Positions 8,474 to 16,949 are shown, counted from the stretch's first letter. The stretch: DNA of 63,053 bases from a virus (IMGVR_UViG_3300044707_000482:1-63053); one strand, 5' to 3'. The notes: generated by a model not told the origin, from the letters alone. Program-made: numbers and translations.

Positions 8474-8920
8474 TCACACCCAGGTGGTGCGGGCCTCGCG
8501 GGTACGAATCCTGTGGCCGTCGAACTCATGACGCCACTTCTCGCCCTCCTCCCCCTGCCACTCGATGAACGATCCGTTGGTGACGAACGGGGCGAGGGCC
8601 GTGAGGAAGTACTCTTGGTCGCCGGTCTTGCTGTCATAGGACAGCGAGAGGATGTCCCCTGCCGGGCTTACCTCACAGTCGAAGCCGACCTCCGTCAGGA
8701 CTGCGACCAGATCCTTGCACTTCTCTGGGTAGTTGGGATCCATCCAACTGAACCACCTCTTGAGGCAGACGCTCGGCCCTCCGTCCGGCGGCGGTCCGTA
8801 CGATCCGCCGCCCTTGATCGAGTCGTTGCTGTTGAGGTCGCACAGCGCCTTGTACGCAGCCTCCTGCTTGTCCTTCGGTACGAACACGTTGCTGTTGGTG
8901 ATGCGAACGTAGTATCCCAT
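8474..8920 (-). CDS. Hypothetical phage protein
   Basis: 148-aa ORF with AAGGAG RBS; WFSWM...YDSKTGDQ...IEWQGEEGEKWR. Confidence 0.8.
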   Translation of the reverse strand: MGYYVRITNSNVFVPKDKQEAAYKALCDLNSNDSIKGGGSYGPPPDGGPSVCLKRWFSWMDPNYPEKCKDLVAVLTEVGFDCEVSPAGDILSLSYDSKTGDQEYFLTALAPFVTNGSFIEWQGEEGEKWRHEFDGHRIRTREARTTWV

Positions 8921-8947
8921 CGCTTGAAACTCCTTGGGTGGTGTCGG

Positions 8948-9817
8948 TCAGACAGATGTAGCGAGCAGACGGTTGACGGCAACCGCCGCCTTGGTCTGCT
9001 CGATGGCGTCGGTGAGGTCAGTGATCGGCCGCCCGAACAGCGACTCGTACTGCTGCACCTTGGCCAGGAACTTGTTGGCTCGGTCGAGCCGGACGTTGAT
9101 GCTGCGGTCGGTCATGCCACCGTGCGCCTCGTTGACGTCTTGCATGATGGCTGACAGGCCGATGGTCACCTCGTCTCGCAGCAACTCCATCACGTGAGCC
9201 ACCGTGTCGGGGTCGGAGCCGATCTCGAACTGCGTGACCGTGAACTTGGGGCCGTCTGTGCCACGCACATGCTTGGCGAACGCACGATACTGCTCCAGGA
9301 ACCGGCCGTCGAGGAACCACGCCCCGCCATCGTCCTTGAGCGAGACCGCACCCCACGACCGCAGCCCCTTGACCAGCACCTGCGAGATGACAGGGCCGGG
9401 TAGGTAGAGCCGCATGAGATCGACCTGTTGGGTGACGGCCTCATGCAGGGCATGCGATTGCACCTCGAAGTTCTCGTCCAGGATGTTGACCCGCCACTGC
9501 GTGTCAATGCTGGCAGAGAACAGGAAGCGGTAGTCGTTGCGGGCAGTGCTGGGCACAACACGCACGCACTCAAAGGCATTGGGTTCGTCCAGTTGCCGCA
9601 CGGTGATGGGCTGCTTGCGCTTCCTGCCATACAGGCGAGTGCCCTCCTCCAGCATGGCCGACCGCAGGGTTGTGGTCACGGCAGGAACGGGCGGCACGAA
9701 CCGCTCGATGCCAGCCAGTGAGGCCGCATCGTAGACCGCGTGCCGCAGTTGCCTGCGGGTAGAGAGCAGGCAGATACCACCGAGACCGGCACCGATCGTG
9801 ATGTTGTCGCGAGTCAT
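8948..9817 (-). CDS. Hypothetical protein, possibly DUF3150/DUF6744-like (families often found beside AAA-VWA pairs)
   Basis: MTRDNIT start with AGGAG RBS; GGAWF motif and helical C-terminus. Family call is tentative. Confidence 0.65.
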   Translation of the reverse strand: MTRDNITIGAGLGGICLLSTRRQLRHAVYDAASLAGIERFVPPVPAVTTTLRSAMLEEGTRLYGRKRKQPITVRQLDEPNAFECVRVVPSTARNDYRFLFSASIDTQWRVNILDENFEVQSHALHEAVTQQVDLMRLYLPGPVISQVLVKGLRSWGAVSLKDDGGAWFLDGRFLEQYRAFAKHVRGTDGPKFTVTQFEIGSDPDTVAHVMELLRDEVTIGLSAIMQDVNEAHGGMTDRSINVRLDRANKFLAKVQQYESLFGRPITDLTDAIEQTKAAVAVNRLLATSV

Positions 9818-9827
9818 GTGTGTACTC

Positions 9828-10028
9828 CTAGTGGGGAATGATGTCCTTGGCCGCACGAATGAACCGGCGTTCCAGCACGACGTACCGTGCTGCAACCTCC
9901 GGCTCATCGCAGTCCTCGCTGTCGGCGGCACTCTCAGCGAGGGAGTGGATGATGAGTTCGATCTCGTCTGGCCGCAGCGAGAACTGCACCTTGGGATACG
10001 TGGTCTCATCCCGAGCAATAGTGTACAT
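9828..10028 (-). CDS. Hypothetical protein
   Basis: 66-aa ORF within the operon. Confidence 0.6.
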   Translation of the reverse strand: MYTIARDETTYPKVQFSLRPDEIELIIHSLAESAADSEDCDEPEVAARYVVLERRFIRAAKDIIPH

Positions 10029-10030
10029 GA

Positions 10031-10198
10031 TTACACCCTTTCAGCAATGGGCTCGAGCGTGCCGTGCCCGCCCTCCCAGTCGGCGGTGGACGGCAAGGCG
10101 TGCCCCGTGTAGATGACCACCTCGTTGTCCGGCCCCTCGTCGAACACGGCCTGCGGACAGAGGATGAGAATGCGGTCGATCAGTTCCTTGAGCGTCAT
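10031..10198 (-). CDS. Hypothetical protein (55 aa, MTLKELIDRILILCPQ...)
   Basis: Translated by hand; AAGGAG RBS. Confidence 0.6.
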   Translation of the reverse strand: MTLKELIDRILILCPQAVFDEGPDNEVVIYTGHALPSTADWEGGHGTLEPIAERV

Positions 10199-10210
10199 GC
10201 AAGACTCCTT

Positions 10211-10444
10211 TCAGAGGTAGGCGCGCCAGTCGAATGACAAAGCACGGGATCCCTTGGGCGATACGATTCCCTTCTTCCATAGCGACCGCACCAGCACGGT
10301 CACGTAGCCAGCACTGGCCCAGCCAAAGTGCTCGGCAATCTCACGGTACGAGGGCTGGAAGCCGTTCCGATCTACGGATCGGGCGACCAGACGGAGCAGC
10401 CGCTGCTCGGTAGCAGTCGGTGGCTTGCGTTGCTTGGTTTGCAC
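10211..10444 (-). CDS. LexA-like winged-helix DNA-binding protein (N-terminal domain only)
   Basis: GFQPSYREIAEHFGWASAGYV...LWKKGIV; GTG start with AAGGAG RBS; no peptidase domain. Confidence 0.8.
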   Translation of the reverse strand: MQTKQRKPPTATEQRLLRLVARSVDRNGFQPSYREIAEHFGWASAGYVTVLVRSLWKKGIVSPKGSRALSFDWRAYL

Positions 10445-10457
10445 GGCGATTCTCCTT

Positions 10458-10796
10458 TCAAAACAACCGCCAGCAGTACGACTGCACGTACGCCAGCAGT
10501 TCCGCATGCTCACTGATCGGGCATGCCTCGATGGCTTTGATGACGCGGTCGCAAGAGGCACTCAACTGGCTGGCGGCAGCACGGGAGCCGTCCATGCTGC
10601 TGTACAACTCCCACTCCGCCACGCCCTGCGGAGCGAGTGGTCGCAGACCTCTGGCCGCACGGTAGATGCGGGTCTGGAAGATACCGTCCGGCTCGGTGTC
10701 CATTGCACCGAAGGAACGCAAGTGAGACTGCGTCACTTCGAACTGGCGGATCGCTTCGCGAATGGCGTCAACGTGGGGCGTGGTGGTAGTGGACAT
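10458..10796 (-). CDS. Hypothetical protein
   Basis: MSTTTTPH start with AAGGAG RBS. Confidence 0.7.
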   Translation of the reverse strand: MSTTTTPHVDAIREAIRQFEVTQSHLRSFGAMDTEPDGIFQTRIYRAARGLRPLAPQGVAEWELYSSMDGSRAAASQLSASCDRVIKAIEACPISEHAELLAYVQSYCWRLF

Positions 10797-10798
10797 GC

Positions 10799-11050
10799 TC
10801 AACTCCTTGTTGCTTGGGTGATGCTGTGGCACCGCTCGTCCGTGATGAACGCGGTCCCGCCGGACAGCGTGACGGTGCCCTTACCGGCCATGACTACATG
10901 CGGCTGCGACTTCCGCTCCCGTGTTCGCACGGGCACATGGCATTCGATGTGTCGCACGGTGTGGCAGCAGCCCTGACTGTGGACAGTCATGACTGGATGC
11001 CCCGCCTGCTTGGACGCAGGCTTGTTGTAGTGAAACCAAAACGCTGCCAT
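10799..11050 (-). CDS. Hypothetical protein
   Basis: 83-aa ORF with AGGAGG RBS; FWFHYNKPAS...VMTVH. Confidence 0.65.
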   Translation of the reverse strand: MAAFWFHYNKPASKQAGHPVMTVHSQGCCHTVRHIECHVPVRTRERKSQPHVVMAGKGTVTLSGGTAFITDERCHSITQATRS

Positions 11051-11223
11051 CGTCTCCCTCCTTGCGTCAGCGTGACGCGCGTACGAGTTCCAGAATCAGT
11101 CGAACGATCAGCACAACCAGTTCCATCTGGTCAGGATTCATGTCATGCCTCCTTGCATGGGTGGTGGGACAGTGGGAACTTCCCACTGAACAGACTCCGC
11201 AGCGGGAAAACGCCGGGAAAACG

Positions 11224-11949
11224 TCAGGCCAGGGCCGGGAGGGCCACCGAGAAGTCGTGCCCCGCCGCCGGTGCAGCCGCCTGCTTGCGGGCTGGCTCGG
11301 CAGGGCGGGTGCGGCTCTTGCGGGCGGGCTTGTCGGCGGGCTCTGGCTTCGGAGCCAGGGATCCTGGCCGGGCGGGGTACACGTGCGAGGTGACGCCGTC
11401 GTCGGCGGCCAGCGGCATGATGGCGAACCGTGCCACGTGCCCGTCCTCTCCCTGCGTTGCGGCGTACACGCAGGACGCTGCGTCCTTGACGAACAGGACA
11501 ATGCCCTTGCCCTTGGCTGTGTCGTCGTTCATGGCGTGCGACAGGCTGCACAGTTTGCCGAGCAGGGCTGCGTCCAGTTTGACGGAGGTGTAGCCATCCG
11601 GCTCGTCGTGAATCCGCATCACGCCCTCGCAGTTCGGGAACCTGCCGCTGGTGTTGATGGCGACGGCTCCCTTCGCCCCGCCCCGCAGTTCATCCCCGTC
11701 GAAGCGGACGCCGAGCGGATGGGCAAACGCCTTGACGGGCGGGGCTGCAAGATCCTTAGCGTGTGCGAGGGCATCCACCTCGATGCCGTCCTCGTCGTGC
11801 CAGTGGACGGTCGCCAGGATGCGGCCGTCGGTGGCGGCCATGCTTGCGGACTGGCCGTCGCTCTTGCACTGGATGCTGCCCAGTGCGTAGCCCGATGACT
11901 CGCCGTCGCAGATCCGGGCGAGTTGCTTGACAAACACAGGAAGTTTCAT
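11224..11949 (-). CDS. DNA polymerase III beta-clamp-like (DnaN-like) protein, shortened
   Basis: YALGSI...MAATDGRILA, GRFPN, AIMPL resemble the beta-clamp domain II/III motifs. Confidence 0.6.
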   Translation of the reverse strand: MKLPVFVKQLARICDGESSGYALGSIQCKSDGQSASMAATDGRILATVHWHDEDGIEVDALAHAKDLAAPPVKAFAHPLGVRFDGDELRGGAKGAVAINTSGRFPNCEGVMRIHDEPDGYTSVKLDAALLGKLCSLSHAMNDDTAKGKGIVLFVKDAASCVYAATQGEDGHVARFAIMPLAADDGVTSHVYPARPGSLAPKPEPADKPARKSRTRPAEPARKQAAAPAAGHDFSVALPALA

Positions 11950-11965
11950 GGCGTTCTCCTTGGGT

Positions 11966-12006
11966 GAAAGAAAGCGGGGCCAGTGACCCAGTGTCACTGG
12001 CCCCGC
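11966..12006 (-). terminator. Intrinsic-terminator-like 14-bp perfect hairpin plus TTTCTTTC
   Basis: GCGGGGCCAGTGAC/GTCACTGGCCCCGC. Confidence 0.7.
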
Positions 12007-12030
12007 AGAACCAGACTCCGCAGCGGGCAA

Positions 12031-12993
12031 TCACATGGCGTCGTGCAACGCCTCGATGCCGAAGTGGCCGAGCAACTCAAACACTTCCGTCAGGCACTGC
12101 TCGGTCAGCCCGTACATCCGCAGTTCCTGCCATCGAATGTCGGTGTACTGCTGCTCGTACTCGTCGGCCTCGTCCATCGTCCGCTTGTCGCCCTCGTAGG
12201 CGAGGTCGCCCGAGTACGGGTCGCGAATGAGCGTGCCCTCCTCGTCGATCGTCGTGACCCCTGCCTGCCGCTCGGCCAGCAGGTCGCCTGCGTCGGCGTC
12301 GAGATCGAACTCGATGGTCTTGGTGTCCATGACGGGCTCCTCTGCCTTGTCCTCGACGGGCAGGTAGCGAGCGCCGCTGGCACCGAGATAGCCGATCGGA
12401 TTGCTCGCCTTGCTGCCCGACCGACCGTAGTCGTACCACCGTGCATAGCGGGAGGACTCGTAGTCGGTGTTGCTGTACCAGTGGCCGTCGTTCGTCCAGT
12501 GGCCGTCTTCCTCGTTCCAGATGGCGTACTCGCCGTCCGCACGCAGGAAGCACAACTTGTTGCCGCGATGGGCTTGCTCCTGCGTGTAGATCATCTCCGG
12601 CCGGGTGAAGAAGTCCGGGTCATGCTTGTGCATGGGCTTGAGAACCAGCTCGTTGAAGTGCCACGTGTCCGAGCGGTCGGAGTGGACGTTGCACTTGATG
12701 GAAATGATGCCGTTGTGGATGACGGCAAGATCACGGGACACAAGGAACGGGTGGCAGTTGGCCACCGTGCGGGAGCCGTGCGTGGCCCAGCGGAAGTGAA
12801 TCACCGCTTGGCACTGGGCGTAGGGCTCGAGGGCGTGGCGGAACTCATCGAACTTGCCGACGCCGTGCTTGACAACGAGTTTGCCGTCTTGCACGGCGGC
12901 GAAGCCCCACGAATGGTCGTTGCTGTCGAAGCCGTTCTCGTAGGACTTCCAATCGACGGGCGTCTCGGCGGGCTTGTAGATTGCGAGGCACAT
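12031..12993 (-). CDS. Class II (Ntn) glutamine amidotransferase with acidic C-terminal tail
   Basis: N-terminal MC, HFRWATHG, NCHPF, HNG, SDT. Confidence 0.9.
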   Translation of the reverse strand: MCLAIYKPAETPVDWKSYENGFDSNDHSWGFAAVQDGKLVVKHGVGKFDEFRHALEPYAQCQAVIHFRWATHGSRTVANCHPFLVSRDLAVIHNGIISIKCNVHSDRSDTWHFNELVLKPMHKHDPDFFTRPEMIYTQEQAHRGNKLCFLRADGEYAIWNEEDGHWTNDGHWYSNTDYESSRYARWYDYGRSGSKASNPIGYLGASGARYLPVEDKAEEPVMDTKTIEFDLDADAGDLLAERQAGVTTIDEEGTLIRDPYSGDLAYEGDKRTMDEADEYEQQYTDIRWQELRMYGLTEQCLTEVFELLGHFGIEALHDAM

Positions 12994-13043
12994 GGGCGAG
13001 TCTCCTTGGGTGATGATGGTTGGATGAGCGAATCGGAAGGGAG

Positions 13044-14312
13044 TCAGGCAGACAAAGTCTCGGGGATCAGGGGGGTCAACTTAGGGAGGGGCCCGGCAAC
13101 CGAGTGGTAGAAGTCCGCGTACGCCGACCGATGGGCGCGGAACCACGCGTCCAGTTCGCGGTACTCGCGGCGAGCGTTGGTCCTGCCGAGCCAGATCAGG
13201 AAGTTCTGCCAGTTGAGTTCCTTCCGCTGGGCGGTTGACTGGACGCAGAAGTCACGGACTGCGAGGCAGTAGCACAGGTTCTTGAGGAGCGTGGGCAACT
13301 GGCAGGACGGACGGAAGATGCGGAACTCGACCGTCTCATCCTTGACGTTGAGGGCGGAATACTTCCGCCCGTCGTACGCCTTATTGGGCAGGCCGTTGCT
13401 CACGAACCTGCGATGCTCGAAGAACTCCGCGTACGAGGTCACGCGACCGGCGACGTCAACGTGGAACGCAGTGTTGCCGGGATCATGGATGAAGCACAGC
13501 ATCTTGCCGAGCGTCAGGTTCGACAGGCTCTTGCGGTTGAGGTGAACGTGCATGCCGCACTTCGTCTTGTTCCACGCCGACACCGCACCCTTGCCGAGCC
13601 GCCCGCCAGGGAACGCCTTCTCCAGCACCTTGCGATGCTCGTCGAGCGTCATCGGCACGGTCACGAACTCCACGCCGGTCTCGTCCGGCAGAGATCCGTC
13701 CTGCTTGGCAATCGCACCGCGACCCGTGCGGGTCTTGTTCACGGTCGCCTTGTAAGCCGCATCGAAGGGGCCAAGCAGTGCTGCGGCCCCTTCGTTTGCG
13801 TTCGTGGCCGAGATGCACTCGAACTCGAACGCAACGGTGGGCGATGTCCGCTTGTAGGACAGGTTCCGCCAGCCCGTTTCTTCCAGGACGCACGCATCGC
13901 TGTCGAGCAGTTCGTCGTGGCCGCCAGTGCAGCGGTCGCAGAAATCGTCATCGCAGACCCCGTTGTCGCAGCGGGTATTGCCGTGCCGATCCTCGTTGTC
14001 CTCGTCGTACCCGTCGGTGTCGTACCCATCCCGGTCGAAGCCGTTGCAGTCGTACCCTTCGCGGTCATAGCCAGCGTCGTCGAATGGGCTGCCGTCCGCC
14101 GTGAACCCGCGACGATTGAACACCGTGCCCGTGAGGCGGTGGTGCCCGTCGCGGTGGAAGTCTTCGGCGTTGTAGCCCTCAGCATTGAATCCTTCGTGGT
14201 CGTGGCCATCGACGTCGAACCCGTTGCGGTCGTACCCCTCCGCATCGAAGCCCAGGGCGTTGAACCCCTCCGCATCGAACCCGTTCTCGTCGTACTGAAC
14301 TTCCTCGTTCAT
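13044..14312 (-). CDS. Amidoligase (COOH-NH2 ligase family) with N-terminal G(F/Y)Dxx repeats
   Basis: FEFE, DGSL, EFVT, CGMHVHL, KYSALN, TVEFRIF motifs; GGAGG RBS before MNEEV. Confidence 0.85.
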   Translation of the reverse strand: MNEEVQYDENGFDAEGFNALGFDAEGYDRNGFDVDGHDHEGFNAEGYNAEDFHRDGHHRLTGTVFNRRGFTADGSPFDDAGYDREGYDCNGFDRDGYDTDGYDEDNEDRHGNTRCDNGVCDDDFCDRCTGGHDELLDSDACVLEETGWRNLSYKRTSPTVAFEFECISATNANEGAAALLGPFDAAYKATVNKTRTGRGAIAKQDGSLPDETGVEFVTVPMTLDEHRKVLEKAFPGGRLGKGAVSAWNKTKCGMHVHLNRKSLSNLTLGKMLCFIHDPGNTAFHVDVAGRVTSYAEFFEHRRFVSNGLPNKAYDGRKYSALNVKDETVEFRIFRPSCQLPTLLKNLCYCLAVRDFCVQSTAQRKELNWQNFLIWLGRTNARREYRELDAWFRAHRSAYADFYHSVAGPLPKLTPLIPETLSA

Positions 14313-14327
14313 GGAATCCTCCACAGG

Positions 14328-14359
14328 AAAAAAGAAAGGCCGCCCCACAAGGGACGGCC
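14328..14359 (-). terminator. Intrinsic-terminator-like hairpin plus U tract
   Basis: GGCCGTCCC-TTGT-GGGGCGGCC-TTTCTTTTTT. Confidence 0.75.
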
Positions 14360-14390
14360 TGCACCGAACTCCAGACTCCGCAGCGGCGAA

Positions 14391-14519
14391 CTACCGCTGC
14401 TTCTTCTTGACCCGCTTCAACTTCTTGCGGGCCTCACGACACGTGCGTTCCTCCTTGACGCGCTCCGCCTTGACGAGACGCCACCATGCGTCGTTCCACG
14501 CCTGCTGCTTGGTTCCCAC
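14391..14519 (-). CDS. Small basic protein (42 aa)
   Basis: Translated by hand from a GTG coupled to the upstream stop; ends 4 nt before the repeat motif. Confidence 0.5.
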   Translation of the reverse strand: MGTKQQAWNDAWWRLVKAERVKEERTCREARKKLKRVKKKQR

Positions 14520-14959
14520 TAGGCGGAACCCAGTGCGTGAAGAAACACGCCAGCGTCAGCGGCCAGAGCCTGTGCCTTCATTGCATCCATGCTGGCGTTC
14601 AGGCCACGCCTGCCATCAAAGATCGCATCGCCAAGCAGGGAGCGGCTCTGCTCCAGATACTCGATGAGATCCGCCTTGCGTATGACACGGCACACCATCT
14701 CGCAGCCGTCCCACTCGCCCTCCACCGTGCGCCCGGATACCGAGCCAACCCACTGGCTTTCGGTTCTGTTGGTGCGGGGATTGTGCAGATACCACACGCT
14801 GGGGCTGCTTGCGGACTTGGTGACAATCGTTACGTCACCAAGTCCGCGACAAGAGCGCGTCCGCAGGGCACTGATCGCGGCCTCGCGTGTCGTGAACACG
14901 CCGAACACGTTCTCGCCTGCGTCACTCGACTCCATCGCAATGAACACGGTGTTCGTCAT
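14519..14959 (-). CDS. Hypothetical protein
   Basis: 146-aa ORF; VFGVFTTREAA motif; GGAGG RBS. Confidence 0.7.
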   Translation of the reverse strand: MTNTVFIAMESSDAGENVFGVFTTREAAISALRTRSCRGLGDVTIVTKSASSPSVWYLHNPRTNRTESQWVGSVSGRTVEGEWDGCEMVCRVIRKADLIEYLEQSRSLLGDAIFDGRRGLNASMDAMKAQALAADAGVFLHALGSA

Positions 14960-14962
14960 GGT

Positions 14963-15136
14963 TCAGCCCTCCTTCCTTGCAATGAGGGCGGCAATCTCGG
15001 CCCGCTCCTTGCCCGTGAGCGTGCGGAAATCCTTGAGGAACTCCTTGCGGGAGCGAGCCCCGAGTGCCTTGCTCGCTTCCCGGAGCGAGACGAAGTGCAT
15101 GAGGCGGGGATTGGGGACGTTGCTGTGAGTGCGCAT
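14963..15136 (-). CDS. Hypothetical protein
   Basis: MRTHSNV start with AGGAG RBS. Confidence 0.6.
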   Translation of the reverse strand: MRTHSNVPNPRLMHFVSLREASKALGARSRKEFLKDFRTLTGKERAEIAALIARKEG

Positions 15137-15216
15137 GGCATCTCTCCTGTAGGGAACCATCGAACAAGGCGACCGGAACACCCGGCCTGCCAGAAACCAG
15201 ACTCCGCAGCGGCAAA

Positions 15217-15447
15217 TCAGCGGAGGTTCCGCTTGGCCGCAGGCTGCGGGGTCAACACCGCATCGAGCCAGCGGTCGATGTCGAGGTTCTCTGCCACCTC
15301 GACCGCACGGGTGAGCGTGCGATACGGCCCCATCACGGGCGTCTGCTCGCTGATGAGATCAAGCAGATAGAACCCGTCCTTGCACTCGAACACTTCCGCC
15401 TGAGCGATACCGCCATCACGAACCACGAACGTCTTGTCACCGGCCAT
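15217..15447 (-). CDS. Hypothetical protein (repeat-bounded cassette)
   Basis: MAGDKTF start with GGAGG RBS. Confidence 0.7.
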   Translation of the reverse strand: MAGDKTFVVRDGGIAQAEVFECKDGFYLLDLISEQTPVMGPYRTLTRAVEVAENLDIDRWLDAVLTPQPAAKRNLR

Positions 15448-15559
15448 GGGAAAACCCTCCAAACGTGGAAACGAACACGCCCACCGCGAAGTGCGATGGG
15501 CGAACCTGCGAGTGCAGGATTGGGGGCAGTGGCAGTCCTGCCAGACTCCGCAGCGGGAA

Positions 15560-15967
15560 TCACTCGGCCTGGAGTTGGACATGGGCGAGCATGTCCTTGG
15601 CCGCCTCGCTGCGGATGGCGACGAACAGGGCACGGGCGAGATCCGCACGCATCGAGCCGCCGTACTCGCCGTTCACCCACACGGGAACCCACGTGCGGCC
15701 CTTCTTGTCCTTCTGGCCCGCACCCATCGCGATCCCGCCCGCGAACTCCTCCTTGGCGACCTTGGGCTTGTCAGCCTTCGCGGGAGCGGCCTTCGTGGCC
15801 TTAGCCTTCGCGGGAGCGGTCGCCTTCTGCGACTCACGCCACTTGGCCAGAGCCTCCGGGTTGCCCTTACGCTTGCCCTTCGGCTTCGCGGCAACCGCAG
15901 GGGCATCCTCGACACCAACCAGAGCCATCAGACCCTTGAGCAAAGCGTTCTTTTCGGCAGCAGTCAT
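15560..15967 (-). CDS. Hypothetical Lys/Ala-rich protein (repeat-bounded cassette)
   Basis: MTAAEKN start with GGAGG RBS; histone-H1-like PAKA tracts. Confidence 0.7.
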   Translation of the reverse strand: MTAAEKNALLKGLMALVGVEDAPAVAAKPKGKRKGNPEALAKWRESQKATAPAKAKATKAAPAKADKPKVAKEEFAGGIAMGAGQKDKKGRTWVPVWVNGEYGGSMRADLARALFVAIRSEAAKDMLAHVQLQAE

Positions 15968-16088
15968 GGGATCATCCTCCAACAAGGAACCATCGAACCG
16001 TCCGTGCAACATGCAACGGACACGTGAGGGAGCCGGAGTCGAACCGGCTCTTCGACCATCCCCCACCAACCAGACTCCGCAGCGGGAA

Positions 16089-16292
16089 TCAACGGTCGAT
16101 CACGACACGGCGAGGCTCAGGCCGACGCTCCATCGGCACATAGCCTTCGGGCTGCTCGTCGGTCGTGATGAGGTTGAACACGCCCATCCACTCGCGTGTC
16201 GTGCCGCCGCCCAACGCAGGGTTCTTGCGGGCCACACGACGCTCGCGACGATTGTTCCGTCCGTCGCCTACGGTCACCGGCTTGCTATCCAT
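16089..16292 (-). CDS. Hypothetical protein (repeat-bounded cassette)
   Basis: MDSKPVT start preceded by GGAGGACGACCG. Confidence 0.65.
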   Translation of the reverse strand: MDSKPVTVGDGRNNRRERRVARKNPALGGGTTREWMGVFNLITTDEQPEGYVPMERRPEPRRVVIDR

Positions 16293-16372
16293 CGGTCGTC
16301 CTCCACACATCGAGACATCGAACACGGCAGCCGAACGTCGGCCACCGAAAACCAGACTCCGCAGCGGGCTTT

Positions 16373-16606
16373 TCAGCAGATGGGACGGGCAACGACACGC
16401 TGGGCGGCGAGATCCCATTCGTACCGGTACAGGTCGATCTGCTTGCCCTCGCGTGCCATGTCGCAGACACAGGCGAACACGGCACGCATCACGAAGCCGA
16501 AGCCGCGATAGATTGGCGTCCAGTCCATGTCGTCGATGTGATAGACAGCGATCTCGCCGGCGTTGACATTGCAGGAAATCGTGTAGCCGTTGATGACGAA
16601 GGTCAT
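16373..16606 (-). CDS. Hypothetical protein (first repeat-bounded cassette)
   Basis: 77-aa ORF preceded by GGAGGACGACCG. Confidence 0.7.
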   Translation of the reverse strand: MTFVINGYTISCNVNAGEIAVYHIDDMDWTPIYRGFGFVMRAVFACVCDMAREGKQIDLYRYEWDLAAQRVVARPIC

Positions 16607-16949
16607 CGGTCGTCCTCCATGTCGGTAACGTGACGGTCACTCGCCGTCGATCGTTCCGACACAAACCAGACTCCGCAGCGAACGGACAGCGGATAAAAGG
16701 CGGATCGCGGCCCGGGTTCACGCCCTTCCTCGTGACCGTGAAACGGAAGTCGTTTGCCGCCCTGTAGATAGAACGCGTTGGAGCCTTCGGCTCCCCATGC
16801 CCCCCCGTCGCGTCACGCCTAGAGTTACGTTCCCCTCCTGGATTTTTTCGCCGTTTCATTGGCCCCCTCCTGCATAGGGGGTTGCTGGACTCCCGTCCAC
16901 CGCTACACTGGGCGCCTGTCCAGATGCCTCTGAGTGAAAGGAGATCCCA

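Larger units (their letters stand above)
8443..16681 (-). repeat. Nine co-oriented intergenic copies of CCGCTGCGGAGTCTGG
   Basis: Plus-strand CCAGACTCCGCAGCGG at 8443, 11190 (1 mismatch), 12011, 14371, 15197, 15541, 16070, 16352 and 16666 (1 mismatch). Confidence 0.95.

Noticed and set aside
8443-16681. CRISPR array interpretation of the 16-bp repeats
   Set aside because: Spacing is irregular (about 0.3-2.7 kb), the spacers are whole genes, the repeat is short, and no cas genes are present.
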